Assembly (NCBI GenBank): GCA_963813155.1
Contig: CAWEYG010000004.1
Span: 64,001 to 128,000, forward strand
Origin: an uncultured Acidobacteriota bacterium
GTDB taxonomy: Bacteria > Acidobacteriota > Thermoanaerobaculia > UBA5066 > DATFVB01
Direction: 5' to 3'
Length of the DNA stretch: 64,000 nt
Shown: positions 51,745 through 61,703 of the stretch, piece by piece
How the letters are laid out: every line of letters starts with the position of its first letter
Numbering within the stretch: the first letter of the stretch is position 1
Program-made: the position numbers and the translations under genes
Notes under the pieces: model-generated
What the model saw: only the letters and a program-made list of their open reading frames with translations
Told to the model about the DNA's origin: nothing
Databases searched by the model: none

Positions 51745-52723
51745 GAATCGTCGTCCTCGGCGCCGGCTCGTGGGGAACGGCGCTGGCCGTTCAGGCGGCG
51801 CGGCGCGGGACACGAATCGGTGCTCTGGACGCGGGATGCGGAGACCGCCGCTTCGATCCGTCGCGAGCGCCGGCATCCCCGCCGGCTCGCCGGCTTCGTG
51901 CTTCCGGACGGAGCTCGCCGTCGAGTCCGACCCCGGGTGCGTCCGCGGCGCGGAGCTGGCGGTTCTCGCCGTGCCGTCCGCGGCCGTGCGGGAAACGCTG
52001 GAGACGCTCCGGGGAGGGAGCCCGGAGTCGATCTGGGTCTCGGCCGTGAAGGGTTTCGAGATCGAGACGGGAAGGACGATCTCCCGCGTCCTCGCGGAAA
52101 GGGTGCCCGCCGAGCGCATCGCCGTCGTTTCCGGCCCGACGTTCGCCGACGAAGTGATGCGGGGCGATCCGACGGCCGCGGTCGTGGCGTCGGAACGGGC
52201 CGAAACCGCGCAGGTCGTGCAGCAGGCCCTTTCGTCTCCCGTGTTCCGGCTCTACGGCAGCGAGGACGTCGTCGGGGTGGAGCTCTGCGGGGGCCTGAAG
52301 AACGTGATCGCCATCGCGAGCGGAATCGTGTCCGGCCTCGGCCTCGGCCACAACACGATCGCGGCGCTGATGACCCGCGGCCTGGCGGAAATCCTCCGGC
52401 TCGTGCTGGCTCGCGGCGGGAGGGAAAAGACCCTGCTCGGCCTTGCGGGGGCGGGCGACCTGATGCTCACCTGCACGGGATCGCAGTCCCGGAACCGCCG
52501 GGTCGGCGAGGAGATCGGCCGGGGAACTCCGCCGGCCGAGGCGATCGCGAGGACCCCCGAGGTCGCGGAAGGAACGAGGGCCTGCGTGGCGGCGGTCGCG
52601 ATGGCGGCCGCGTCGAGGGTCGAAATGCCGATCGCGGCGGCGGTTCGGGAAGTCCTCTACGAGGGGGTCGCGCCGAAGGACGCGATCCGCGCATTGATGA
52701 CCCGCGACCTCCGCTCGGAATGA
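51741..52723 (+). CDS. gpsA: NAD(P)H-dependent glycerol-3-phosphate dehydrogenase (frameshifts near the 5' end)
   Basis: GAGSWGTALA, AVPS, SGPTFA, GVELCGGLKNVIAI, GLAGAGDL.LTC...SRNRR. Confidence 0.9.
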
Positions 52724-52760
52724 GAGGTTCACGTATAATCGCGGCAAGAGGTCGAACGAC

Positions 52761-53566
52761 ATGAGACGAGCGATTGCAGGGATCGTCGCCGCAGGTGCGG
52801 CGTTTGCGATTGGCGCGGCCGGTTTCGCCGCTCCCACGGCGCGGCGGTTTCCGAATCGGCGTCTGCCGCACCCGCGGCTCTGACTGCCGACGCCAACCTA
52901 CTCGTGGAGCAGGAAGTGGGTGTCGGCACGCGGATTGACGGGATCATCGACTCCATCCAGGCAGAGCGGGGACAGGCGGTGAAGAAGGGGCAGGCGCTCG
53001 CGACACTCGACCAACGGGAGTTCGAGCTCGACCGCCGGGCGGCCGAGGCCGCTTTCTCGGCTGCGGATGCCGATTTCAAACGCTACCAGGAGCTCTTCGG
53101 GCAGAAGCTCGCGAGCAAGGCGGAGCTCGAGCAGCGGCGCGCGCATTTCGAGCAGGCAAAGGTCGACCTCGAGAAGGCGAAGCTCGTGATCGACCGGTCC
53201 GTCATTCGGGCGCCCTTCGACGGCATCGTCGTCGACCGCACGGTTCGGGCCGGTCAGAAGGTGCAGACCTCCGACGCTCTGCCACTCTTCAAGGTCAGCG
53301 CCCTCGATCCCCTGTTCGCGCGGGTGTACCTGAACGAGAGCTGGCTCGATCGGCTTCGCGTCGGGGAGCCGGTGACGGTCATTTCTTCGAAGTTTCCCAA
53401 GGCTCGTTCCGTGGGCAAGATCTCGTTTCTCGCGCCCGTCATCGATTCGGCGAGCGGCACCTTCCAGGTGATCGTGACGGTCCCGCGGGACCACGACAGG
53501 ATCTTCCGCCCGGGAAGCTCGGTGAAGATCAGCTTCAATCCCCGGCGGACGGCAATCCGGGAGTGA
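52761..53566 (+). CDS. membrane fusion protein (HlyD/RND periplasmic adaptor); frameshift near 52840
   Basis: Signal-like MRRAIAGIVAAGAAFAIG; G...V.KGQ.LATLD, hairpin, IRAPFDGIV, IDSASGTF. Confidence 0.85.
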
Positions 53567-54282
53567 CCGCCCCGCGCCGGTCGCGCCGGCGAATGCGCTC
53601 GACGATGGACTCGGTTTTTCTTCACGACATGAAGAATCTCGAGTTCCGGCTGAACCTGCTCCTCTCCAATCTCGAAGAGCACTACGGCGATCCCGATTTC
53701 AAGCGCAGCGTCGTCGAGCTGCTCCAATCCTCGCTGCAGAAGGTGGATACGGTCGTGGAGCGATGGTCGGCGCACAAGGACGCCGTGATGATCAAGGTTC
53801 CCGTCGACGTCAACGAATTGCTCGCCGACGCGACGAACCGGGTCCGGCCCCGCGATTCCTACCGCGGCGACGGCGCGCTCGCCCCGCGAGTGGAATTCTC
53901 GGCGGAGCCGCTCCCTCCGGTCTGGGCAGACCCGCACTACCTGAGCGACGCGTTCGCGAGCATTCTTCAAAACGCCCTCGAGGCTGCGGGACCGGGAGGA
54001 GTGGTGTCCGTCGAGAGCCGCCCGGAGGACCGCCGCGGCGCGCCGTGGGTCGCCGTGGACATCGCCGACAACGGCCCCGGCATGAGTCGCGAATTCGTTC
54101 GAACTCGCCTCTTTCGCCCGTTTCAGACGTTGAAGAGCTACGGGATCGGGCTCGGTCTCTACACGGCGCGCGAGATCATCCGCTCCCACCGCGGGCGCCG
54201 TTTCCGTCAAGAGCCGGCTCGGCCAGGGGACGCTCGTGACCGTGAGACTGCGCGCGGAGCGGGAGAAAGCCTCCCGGCTTGA
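53563..54282 (+). CDS. histidine kinase core (HisKA + HATPase), PrsK-like, no sensor/TM domain; 3' frameshift
   Basis: FLHDMKN (phospho-His), QNALEA, DIADNGPGM, LFRPFQT.K..GIGLGLY. Confidence 0.82.
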   Translation: MTAPRRSRRRMRSTMDSVFLHDMKNLEFRLNLLLSNLEEHYGDPDFKRSVVELLQSSLQKVDTVVERWSAHKDAVMIKVPVDVNELLADATNRVRPRDSYRGDGALAPRVEFSAEPLPPVWADPHYLSDAFASILQNALEAAGPGGVVSVESRPEDRRGAPWVAVDIADNGPGMSREFVRTRLFRPFQTLKSYGIGLGLYTAREIIRSHRGRRFRQEPARPGDARDRETARGAGESLPA

Positions 54283-55658
54283 CGGTGGATGGCCGGCTCG
54301 CGATCGTCGAAGACGACGAATTCTGCTCGATCAGCTCCGCTGGGCGCTCAAGGGAAAGTTCGAAGTCCTCGACGGCCGGCAATGCGATCGACGGAATCGC
54401 GCTCGTCGACTCCGCGCCCGACTGTTTCCTGATCGACCTGCGGCTTCCGCCGTCCAACGAACCACAGGAGGGCCTCGATCTGCTTCGGCGCCATTCGCCG
54501 AAGGCGCCCGGGCATCCCGGTCATCGTCATGACCGGAGAGAAGGAACGCCGGTTCGCGCTGAAGGCGATCGAGAACGGGGCCTACGACTTCTTCCGAAAG
54601 CCGGTCGACCCCGTCGGAGCTCGCGCTGATCGTCGGGCGCGCGCTGGAGCGGCAGCGGATTCTTCCAGGAGAACCGGGCCCTCAAGGACGATCTCCTCGG
54701 CGCGCAGAGCCTGGGAAGCCTCGTCGGCGCGAGCCCCCCGATGCGGGCGCTCTTTCGCTCGATCGAGAAGGTGGCCCCGTCCGACGCGACCGTCCTGATC
54801 GTCGGGGAGAGCGGCACCGGCAAGGAGCTCGTCGCCCAGGCGATCCACCGGGGGAGCCCGCGCGCCTCCGGGCCCTTCATCGCCGTCAACAGCTCCGCGC
54901 TGCCCGAGACGCTCGCCGAGTCGGAGCTGTTCGGGCACGAGAAGGGCGCGTTCACGGGCGCCGTCGCCGCCCGGCCGGGAAAGTTCGAGCTCGCGCACGG
55001 CGGGACGCTTTTCCTCGACGAAGCCGCGACCCTGTAGCGCTGCCGTTCAGGCCAAGCTGCTCCGCGTCCTCGAATCGCGAAAATTCGAGCGGGTGGGGGG
55101 ATCGAGGACGATCTCGGTCGACATCCGCCTCCTCGTCGCGACGAACGAAGACCTCGAAACGAGAGTCGCGGCGGGAACGTTTCGAGAGGACCTCTTCTAT
55201 CGGCTGAACACGGTGGTCCTGAAGATTCCGCCGTTGCGGGATCGGGGCGAGGACGTGCTCGCTGCTGGCGGACGCGTTCGCCGTCCGCTGGGCGACGCAC
55301 CACCGCAAGAAGCCGAAGGTGTTCTCGCCGGAAGTCCGGCAGGCCTTTCGGACCCACCGCTGGCCGGGCAACGTCCGGGAGCTGGAGCACCTGGTCGAGA
55401 TGCTCACCCTCATGGCCGACGAGGAGGAGATCCTGCTGGATCATTTGCCGGGGATCCGGTTCGGGCGGATTCAGCCCCCGGCCGGGCAGCCGCGGCCGCG
55501 CCCGCGGACGCCCTTCCTGAGATCCGTCGAGCGGTTCGAGAGAGACCTCGCTCGCCTCCGCAATCGCCGCGTTCGCGGGAGTAAGAGCGAAAGCGGCCCG
55601 GTCCCTGGGGCTCGAGCCGAATCAGATGAACTATCTCTGCCGGAAGCATCGCCTCTGA
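54279..55658 (+). CDS. sigma54-dependent response regulator (REC-AAA+-HTH, PrsR/NtrC-like); several frameshifts
   Basis: [62 protein letters not shown]-terminal HTH. Confidence 0.88.
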
Positions 55659-55685
55659 GACCGGGGCATAGAGTTGTTCAACTGT

Positions 55686-55713
55686 GTGAAAATTTGACGG
55701 ATGAATTTTTCAC
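55686..55713. promoter_or_regulatory. candidate upstream activator site for the sigma54 activator
   Basis: AT-rich imperfect inverted repeat GTGAAAATT-N10-ATTTTTCAC about 85-110 bp upstream of the -24 box. Confidence 0.5.
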
Positions 55714-55795
55714 CGGCCGATCGTCGCTGACTCTTGTGCTACTCGTAAGTTGCTGGATTATAGATGCTTGAGTCCGGTCGGGAACACCCGCAAAG

Positions 55796-55812
55796 CTGGC
55801 CTCCACCTTGCG
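55796..55812 (+). promoter_or_regulatory. sigma54 (-24/-12) promoter
   Basis: CTGGCCTCCACCTTGCG: GG(55798-9)-N10-GC(55810-11) with TGGC and TTGC cores; GGGAGGA RBS and ATG 55843 follow. Confidence 0.75.
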
Positions 55813-55842
55813 ATGTGACGATGACACGAAAGGGAGGACAAA

Positions 55843-56546
55843 ATGGGAAACGATGTGAGGATCAAACTGACGGAGGAACAGATGGCAAAGATCAAGGCAG
55901 GAACTGGCAAGGAAATGGGAGAGATTCGGGTCGGAAACATCGGAAACGCCCCCGGCGCCGACCGCGTCGCTCTCGTTCGGCTCGAAGCCTGGCCTTGGCG
56001 GGCAAGCCTGGCCTTGGGTCGAAGCCTGGCCTTGGCTCGCAAGCCTGGCCTCGGGCAAGCCTGGCCTCGGGCAAGCCTGGCCTTGCGGTAAGCCTGGCCT
56101 CGGCTCGCAAGCCTGGCCTCGGTTCGAAGCCTGGCCTCTCGGCCAAGCCTGGCCTGTCGGCTGCAAGCCTGGCCTCGGCTCCAAGCCTGGTCTCGGCCAA
56201 GCCTGGTCTCGGGTCCAAGCCTGGCCTCTCCAAGCCTGGCTCTCGGTTCCAAGCCTGGCCTCGGTTCCAAGCCTGGCCTGTCGGCTCAAGCCTGGCCGTC
56301 GGGCAAGCCTGGTCTCGGGCAAGCCTGGTCTCGGCCAAGCCTGGCCTGTCGGCCCAAGCCTGGCTCTCGGTTCCAAGCCTGGCTCTCGGTTCCAAGCCTG
56401 GCCTCTCGGGCAAGCCTGGCCTGTCGGTTCCAAGCCTGGCCTCTCGGTTCCAAGCCTGGGCTGTCGGCCAAGCCTGGCTCTCGGTGCAAACCGGGGCTGT
56501 TCGGAAGCCGGGACTCAGCGGAAGCCGGGATTGGCGGACAAATTGA
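55843..56546 (+). CDS. putative repeat precursor peptide: ~45-aa leader + ~31 KPGL(G/S)x repeats (frame disrupted by indels; end approximate)
   Basis: Strong RBS; MGNDVRIKLTEEQMAKIKAGTGKEMGEIRVGNIG, then an array of AAG CCT GGC CTC/CTG units. Confidence 0.7.
55985..56533 (+). repeat. tandem ~18-bp coding repeat array
   Basis: 28 exact AAGCCTGG cores counted by eye plus three synonymous variants; mean spacing about 17.9 bp. Confidence 0.9.
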
Positions 56547-56651
56547 AATTCATGGCCTCTCAGGGGCCAGGGCGCTCTCGGGCAGACCTGCACTCTGAGG
56601 CTCACCGACGGTACGAATTCGACTCATCGCGAAAGCGGGGCGTTTTCAGTT

Positions 56652-58846
56652 CTACCAGATAACGCGGCGGGCCCAGTGGTAGATGACGTTCCACCACTGA
56701 ACGGCGAAGGGGGATCGCGCCCCAATGAGCTTGGCGTCCGCCTCCATGCCCGACGCGAGCTCGCCGTCTCCGTTTTCGACGAGAGCGACCGCGATGAACC
56801 GTTCGGGCCTTCCCCGAGCCGGAGGGGTGCCTCGAGAGCGCTCGAGGTGGCGGGGAGCTTCTCCGCCGCCGGAGCGATCTCCGTGATTTTCACCCGGAAC
56901 CGGCGGAAGGGGAGCGCTCGAACGTGCAGCGAGACCGGCTCGCCCACCCGGATCGACTGGAGGAGGCGCTCCGTGACGGGGATCTCGACTCGCATCGTCC
57001 GGGTGTCGCCGAGCTCGAAGAGCGGCGCGCCGGCGGCGACCGACGAGCCCAGGAGATCCTGGGGCCGGTGGGTGAGGATCGTCCCCGCGACGGGAGCGCG
57101 CACGACGAGGGCGCTTCGCACGGCTTCGGTCGCACGGAGGGCGGATGCCGCGGCCCCGGCGCGCGATTCGAATTCCGTGGAGCCCGCGGCCGATGCTTCC
57201 GCGCGGCTCAGGCTGGCCGCGCCCTCGAATCCGCCTTTCCGGGCGGTGAGCTCCCGAATGCGGCTCTCGACGGAGCGGCTCGTCAGAACGGCGAGCGTGC
57301 TCCCAGGCATGACCTGATCGCCCTCGCCGACGGCCACCGACGCAACGGTTGCGTCGGCGGGAGCCGACACCTGAAGGGTGGCCGCCGGTTTCAGGATCAC
57401 CGGGAGCTCGAAGGTTTCGTGCGGCCACGGGAGAATCAGAATCAGAAGGAAGACCGCGGCCCCGACGGCGAGCCGCCTCAGGATTTTGGGGGACATGAGG
57501 TACTCCTTCTTGTCGAGGTAGACCATTCGCAGGACGTCGGTGAACTTTCGCATTTTCTTTCGGAAGAGGCGAAGGAAGGTCAACAGCGTGAGCGGCGTGG
57601 TCAGCTCCCCCGCGAATCGGCCGTAGATGGCCGCGATCAGCGCGCCGATCGCGAGCATGATGGAGCCCATGTAGAAGGCCGCCAGAGGCCCATAGATGAG
57701 GAAAATCCGCCGTTTCCGCTTCGAGAGGACGGGGACTTCGACGGGCAGTCGAAGAATGTGTTTTTGAATGAGCGCGCCCATGTACGCGTACGATTCGGCC
57801 GGAGATTGGGAATCTCGATGATGTCTTCGAGCGCGTGGTAGCCGTCGTTGGGCGTCATCGGGTTCAAGTTGAAAAAAATCGTCGAGATGCCCGTGTAGAT
57901 CATTCCCATGTACGCGAAATGGTGAATGAAAGTATCGGGATAGCTCACGAGCCAGATCCCGGTGGCCAGGACGCACATGAGGAGCTCGATGTAGATTCCC
58001 GAGAGGTTGACCCAGAGCCGATGCCACTTGCTGTCGAAGAGCTCTGAGTCGAGCGTGTCGGTGAAATAGGCGGGCAGGAAGAAGACCAGCGCGAATCCGA
58101 TGCTGTGAACCTCTCCGCCGTACATTTTCATCGTGTAGGCGTGTCCCAGTTCGTGGAACGTGGAAATGAACGTGACGATGACGTAGAACTCGAGGATCTC
58201 GATCAGGGGCTTGTTGAGGAAGGAGAACAGCCGGAGCGTCTCCTCCCAGATTGCGAGTCCAGTGCTGAATGAAGACGGCGGTCATCAGGGAGAACAAAAC
58301 GAGCGACACGGCAACGACTTCGGGGCTCCAGATCCAGCGGACGTATTTGACCGTCTTGTTGAGGAATTCGTTCGGGTCCGCGATCGGGAAGAGCATGAGG
58401 AGGATGTTGAACCTCTTCTCCTTCTCCTCCGCCTTGAGCTTGCGGGCGTCTCGCAGCCGCTGCATGACGGCCAGGCCCCGCTCGCTTCCGGACTGGGCCA
58501 GGAGGTTCATGCTCTGCAGGTTCTCGGCGAAATCCATGACGAGAGTCGTTTCGATGCGATCGGTCGGATTCGCCGCGATGTAGGCGTCCCGGATCTCGGC
58601 GTGCGTTCGCTTGCCGTCGAACAGCTCGATCAGGCCCCATTCGGCGTCCGTAAACGTGTAAATCAACAGGGTTTCCGGGTTCTTGACGACCCACTTCGAT
58701 TCGCCCATCTGGACGAGGTGCCGGATGACGAGATCCGGTCGAAGCGCCGGACATTCGTTCGCGGGGGCGAGCTTGTGGGAGAGAGCCTCCGCGACCTGGC
58801 TGCTCGGGGTGGTCGAGAGGAGCGTTGCGCGAGAAGTGATGCTCAC
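56652..58846 (-). CDS. PqqD/RRE-like domain + M50 (site-2) zinc metallopeptidase + HlyD-like fusion; frameshifts
   Basis: N-terminal WVVKNPE..IYTF...ELFDGKRTHAEI; FHELGH; FNLNPMTPNDGY; C-terminal V.VGEGDQV..G, VRAPVAGTI. Confidence 0.8.
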
Positions 58847-61265
58847 GGCATCAGGGGCCAGAGCTTCGCCCAGAACCATCGCGCGGGCTTGCGGAAGAAG
58901 GCGTAACCGAGCCGCCGCGTCTCGGCGGAGATCTTCGCTTTGCCGAGCATTCCGGGATGGATCGCTCCGTCGCCGTTGTCGAGCAAGGCTTCCGCGAGGA
59001 CGAAACGGTCCTCGCCTTCTTCGCGGACGACCGGCGAGACTCGCCCGATCTTTCCGCGGAAGACGCGGGAGGGGTAGGTATTGAGTTTGACGGACACGTC
59101 CTCGCCGGCGCAAGAGGGCGGAATCGGCCTCCGCGACGGCCACCTCGACTTCGGCGGACCGCGTGTCGGCGATCACGGCAAGCTCCGCGCCGCTTGCGAC
59201 GGTCTGTCCGATCCGTTGCTTCCAGGTGGGGGGTGATCAGGACTCCGGAAGAGGGCGCGCGAACCTTCGTCTGGGCGAGGTTGTCCTCCGCCACGGCGTC
59301 GCGAGCGCGCGCATTTCGTCGAGCCGGGACATCGCCCGACCGAGCGCGGCTGTGTCTCCCGCCGCCTGGCTCCGCGCGACCTCGTTCCGGGCGATTTCGA
59401 GTCGGACGCGGGCCTGCGCCGCCGCGGCCTGATAGTCCTGGTCGTAGAGCGTCGCGACGACGTCGCCCTCCTTGACGGCGTCTCCTTCCCGGTGGAGGAC
59501 GGACGCGATCGTTCCCGGAACGGCGGCGGTGAGGGCCATGCGTCGGCCCGGTAGAACGCGCGCGGTTCCCGTCAGGCGGATGTTCCAGGGAAGGATCACG
59601 AGCGCGAGGAGGATCGACGGCGCCGATCGCCACGCGCCGGCGGAGCTTGTACTTCGGAAGGGCCGAGAGCTGCCGCTTCTTCTCGAGGAGCGGCTTCCAG
59701 AAGCCCGCGAGCGGCACCTGCTGGTACAGCTGGGCGTTTCGAATCGCGACGGTCGCCTGGTTGACGAGGATCTGGAGGAGATCTCGCCCTTCCTCGTCGA
59801 ACACGCGCGGCTCCGCGCTCTCGAAGGCGATCGCTCCGAGCTTGCCCTCTTCGTCCTGCAGGATGATCGCGAGGTAGGAGCGCATGCCGCTCTCCTCGAA
59901 GAAGATGCGGAATTTCTCGGTCGTCTCCGCGCGGTCGGTCACGATCTTGCCGTCGTCCTGTTGGGTGACCGAGACGTTGTTGCCGCCGTGGTAGACCCAC
60001 TCGAGGAGGTCGGCCGTCCGGGCGATCGAGGGATCGGACCGGTTGACTTCGTCGACGCCGGAGACCGCTCCCAGCCGAAGCTTTCCCCGCTGGACGATCG
60101 AGACGGAGCAGCGGTCGATGTCGACGAGGGCGGCGCTCGCGTTCGCGACGGTCTTCATGACGCGGTCGAGGTCGAGCGTCGACGTGATTTCGCGGCTGAC
60201 GGCGAGCAGTGCGTCGAGCTCCTCGACCCGGCGCTCGGCGCCGTAGCGCCGGGCGTTGTGCAGCGACCGAACCGCCTGGTGGCCGAGATCGGTCAGGAGA
60301 AGGGCGTCGGTCTCGTGAATCGGGGGCGCCTCCCGCGTCTTGTTGACGATGATCATGAAGCCGACCGTTTCTTCGTCTTCGAGCAGCGGCAGCGTCAGAA
60401 CGGACGAGACCGGAAACGGGCTTTCCTGCCGGAGGAAATGCTCGGGGAAGCTCGTTCTCGTACGTCGCCTCCCGCGCGCCGATCGCGTCGCCACGATCGA
60501 GGCGCCGATCGAGTCGGGCGGATGGATCTCGTAGTTCTCGTTGATGGCCGTCGCGGCGAGCGCGACCTCGCCCTCGCTTCCCTGGAGGACCCAGAGCGAC
60601 GCGATTTCGGCGTTTGCGAAGTCGACCGCCTTCCGCGCGATCATCGCCGTGAGCTCGTCCCAGTCCAGCGTCGAACCGAACGCCTTCGAAAGGTCGTAAA
60701 GGTTCGTCAGCCGCTCGATCGCGTGGAGCATTCCGGAGGTCTTCTTGTCCTGTTTCAGGCGCGGCCGACCGCCAGCGCCGCATCCGGCACGAACGTCGAG
60801 AGATCGCGCGAGCGCGGCTTTGAGGTTGGCGCCCTTCTCCGGAAGAGGACCGCGGCGACGCCGATGACTCCTTCGTCGGCGGCGAGGGGGAGGGCCAGGC
60901 AGACGCCGAAGTTCCGGGCGCCGGGCGGGAGCCACGGATCGTCGGAGACGAGAAGCTCCGCCGACGTCAGCGAGAAGGATTCGCGGTCGCGAATCAGTCG
61001 CCAGACGAATCCGTCACCGCGCGGAACCGATTGCTGGAGGATCCGTCCGATGGCTTCGCCGGTCGCCCCGGTGCAGGTGAAAACGGGATGGATCGGGTCC
61101 TGCGTCCAGACAAGGGCCGCGTCGGCTCCGGCGATCGCCGCGAGCCAGCGAGCCGCCCAGGCGGACGTCTGGGCCAGCGTCTCGCAGGCGAGTAGTTCGG
61201 CGAGAGCGGCCGCAAAATCGCCCTCGGTGGGCGTCGGCGGCGGTGCTTTCCGGCTCGTCCGACAT
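58843..61265 (-). CDS. multi-GAF-domain + HlyD-like membrane fusion protein; frameshifts
   Basis: GAF motifs (LALPL..DEGVIGV; LTLPLLEDEETVG...AVRSLHNAR; AIILQDEEGKLG...ATVAIRNAQLY), TM, then REGDAVKEGD, VRAPSSGV, HPGMLGKAKI. Confidence 0.8.
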
Positions 61266-61295
61266 CGAGTCGTTCTTTCCGGCTTCGGTGCGGGT

Positions 61296-61633
61296 TCAGA
61301 AGCTCGCGACCGCTTCCTCCAGGTCCTGATGAATCTCGAAGACGGAGTCGAGCTGCGTCATTTCCAGGAGCTTCTTCAGATTCGGTCCCGGCGCGAGCAG
61401 CTTGGTCTGGCCGCCCTTCCTTCTGCGAGTTCGTCAGCGTTCGCACGAGGGCGCCGAGCCCCGTGGAGTCGACGAGGCCGAGCGCCCCGCAGTCGATGAG
61501 GAGGTCTGACCTTGCCCTCTTCGAGGAGGCGCGTCACCGAGCGCTTGAAAGAAGCTTCGGACTCGCCGATCACCAGATCTCCCGAGAGAGAGACGATGCT
61601 CACCCGGCCATCTTCGCGAATTGAGATTTCCAT
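61296..61633 (-). CDS. STAS-domain anti-sigma-factor antagonist; frameshifts
   Basis: MEISIRE...LSGDLVIG...VDSTGLGALV...LLEMTQLDSVFEIHQDLEEAVASF*. Confidence 0.85.
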
Positions 61634-61703
61634 GTTCTGGCGGGATCATCTCAAAAAGAAACCGGAAATGCTAGAGTCGAGGCCGGGGGAGGAACAACCT
61701 CAG

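Noticed and set aside
52728-52739. TATAAT promoter for the MFP-kinase-regulator block
   Set aside because: Perfect -10 but no -35 or TGn extension; insufficient to call.
55985-56533. Repeat array as a CRISPR or iteron array
   Set aside because: The core is only 8-12 bp with 7-12 nt similar, non-unique spacers; no cas or rep genes; synonymous codon variation points to a coding repeat.
55678-56605. Minus-strand ORFs with QAW/ARL/RPGL repeats
   Set aside because: Shadow frames of the array; promoter, RBS and codon conservation all favour the + strand KPGL frame.
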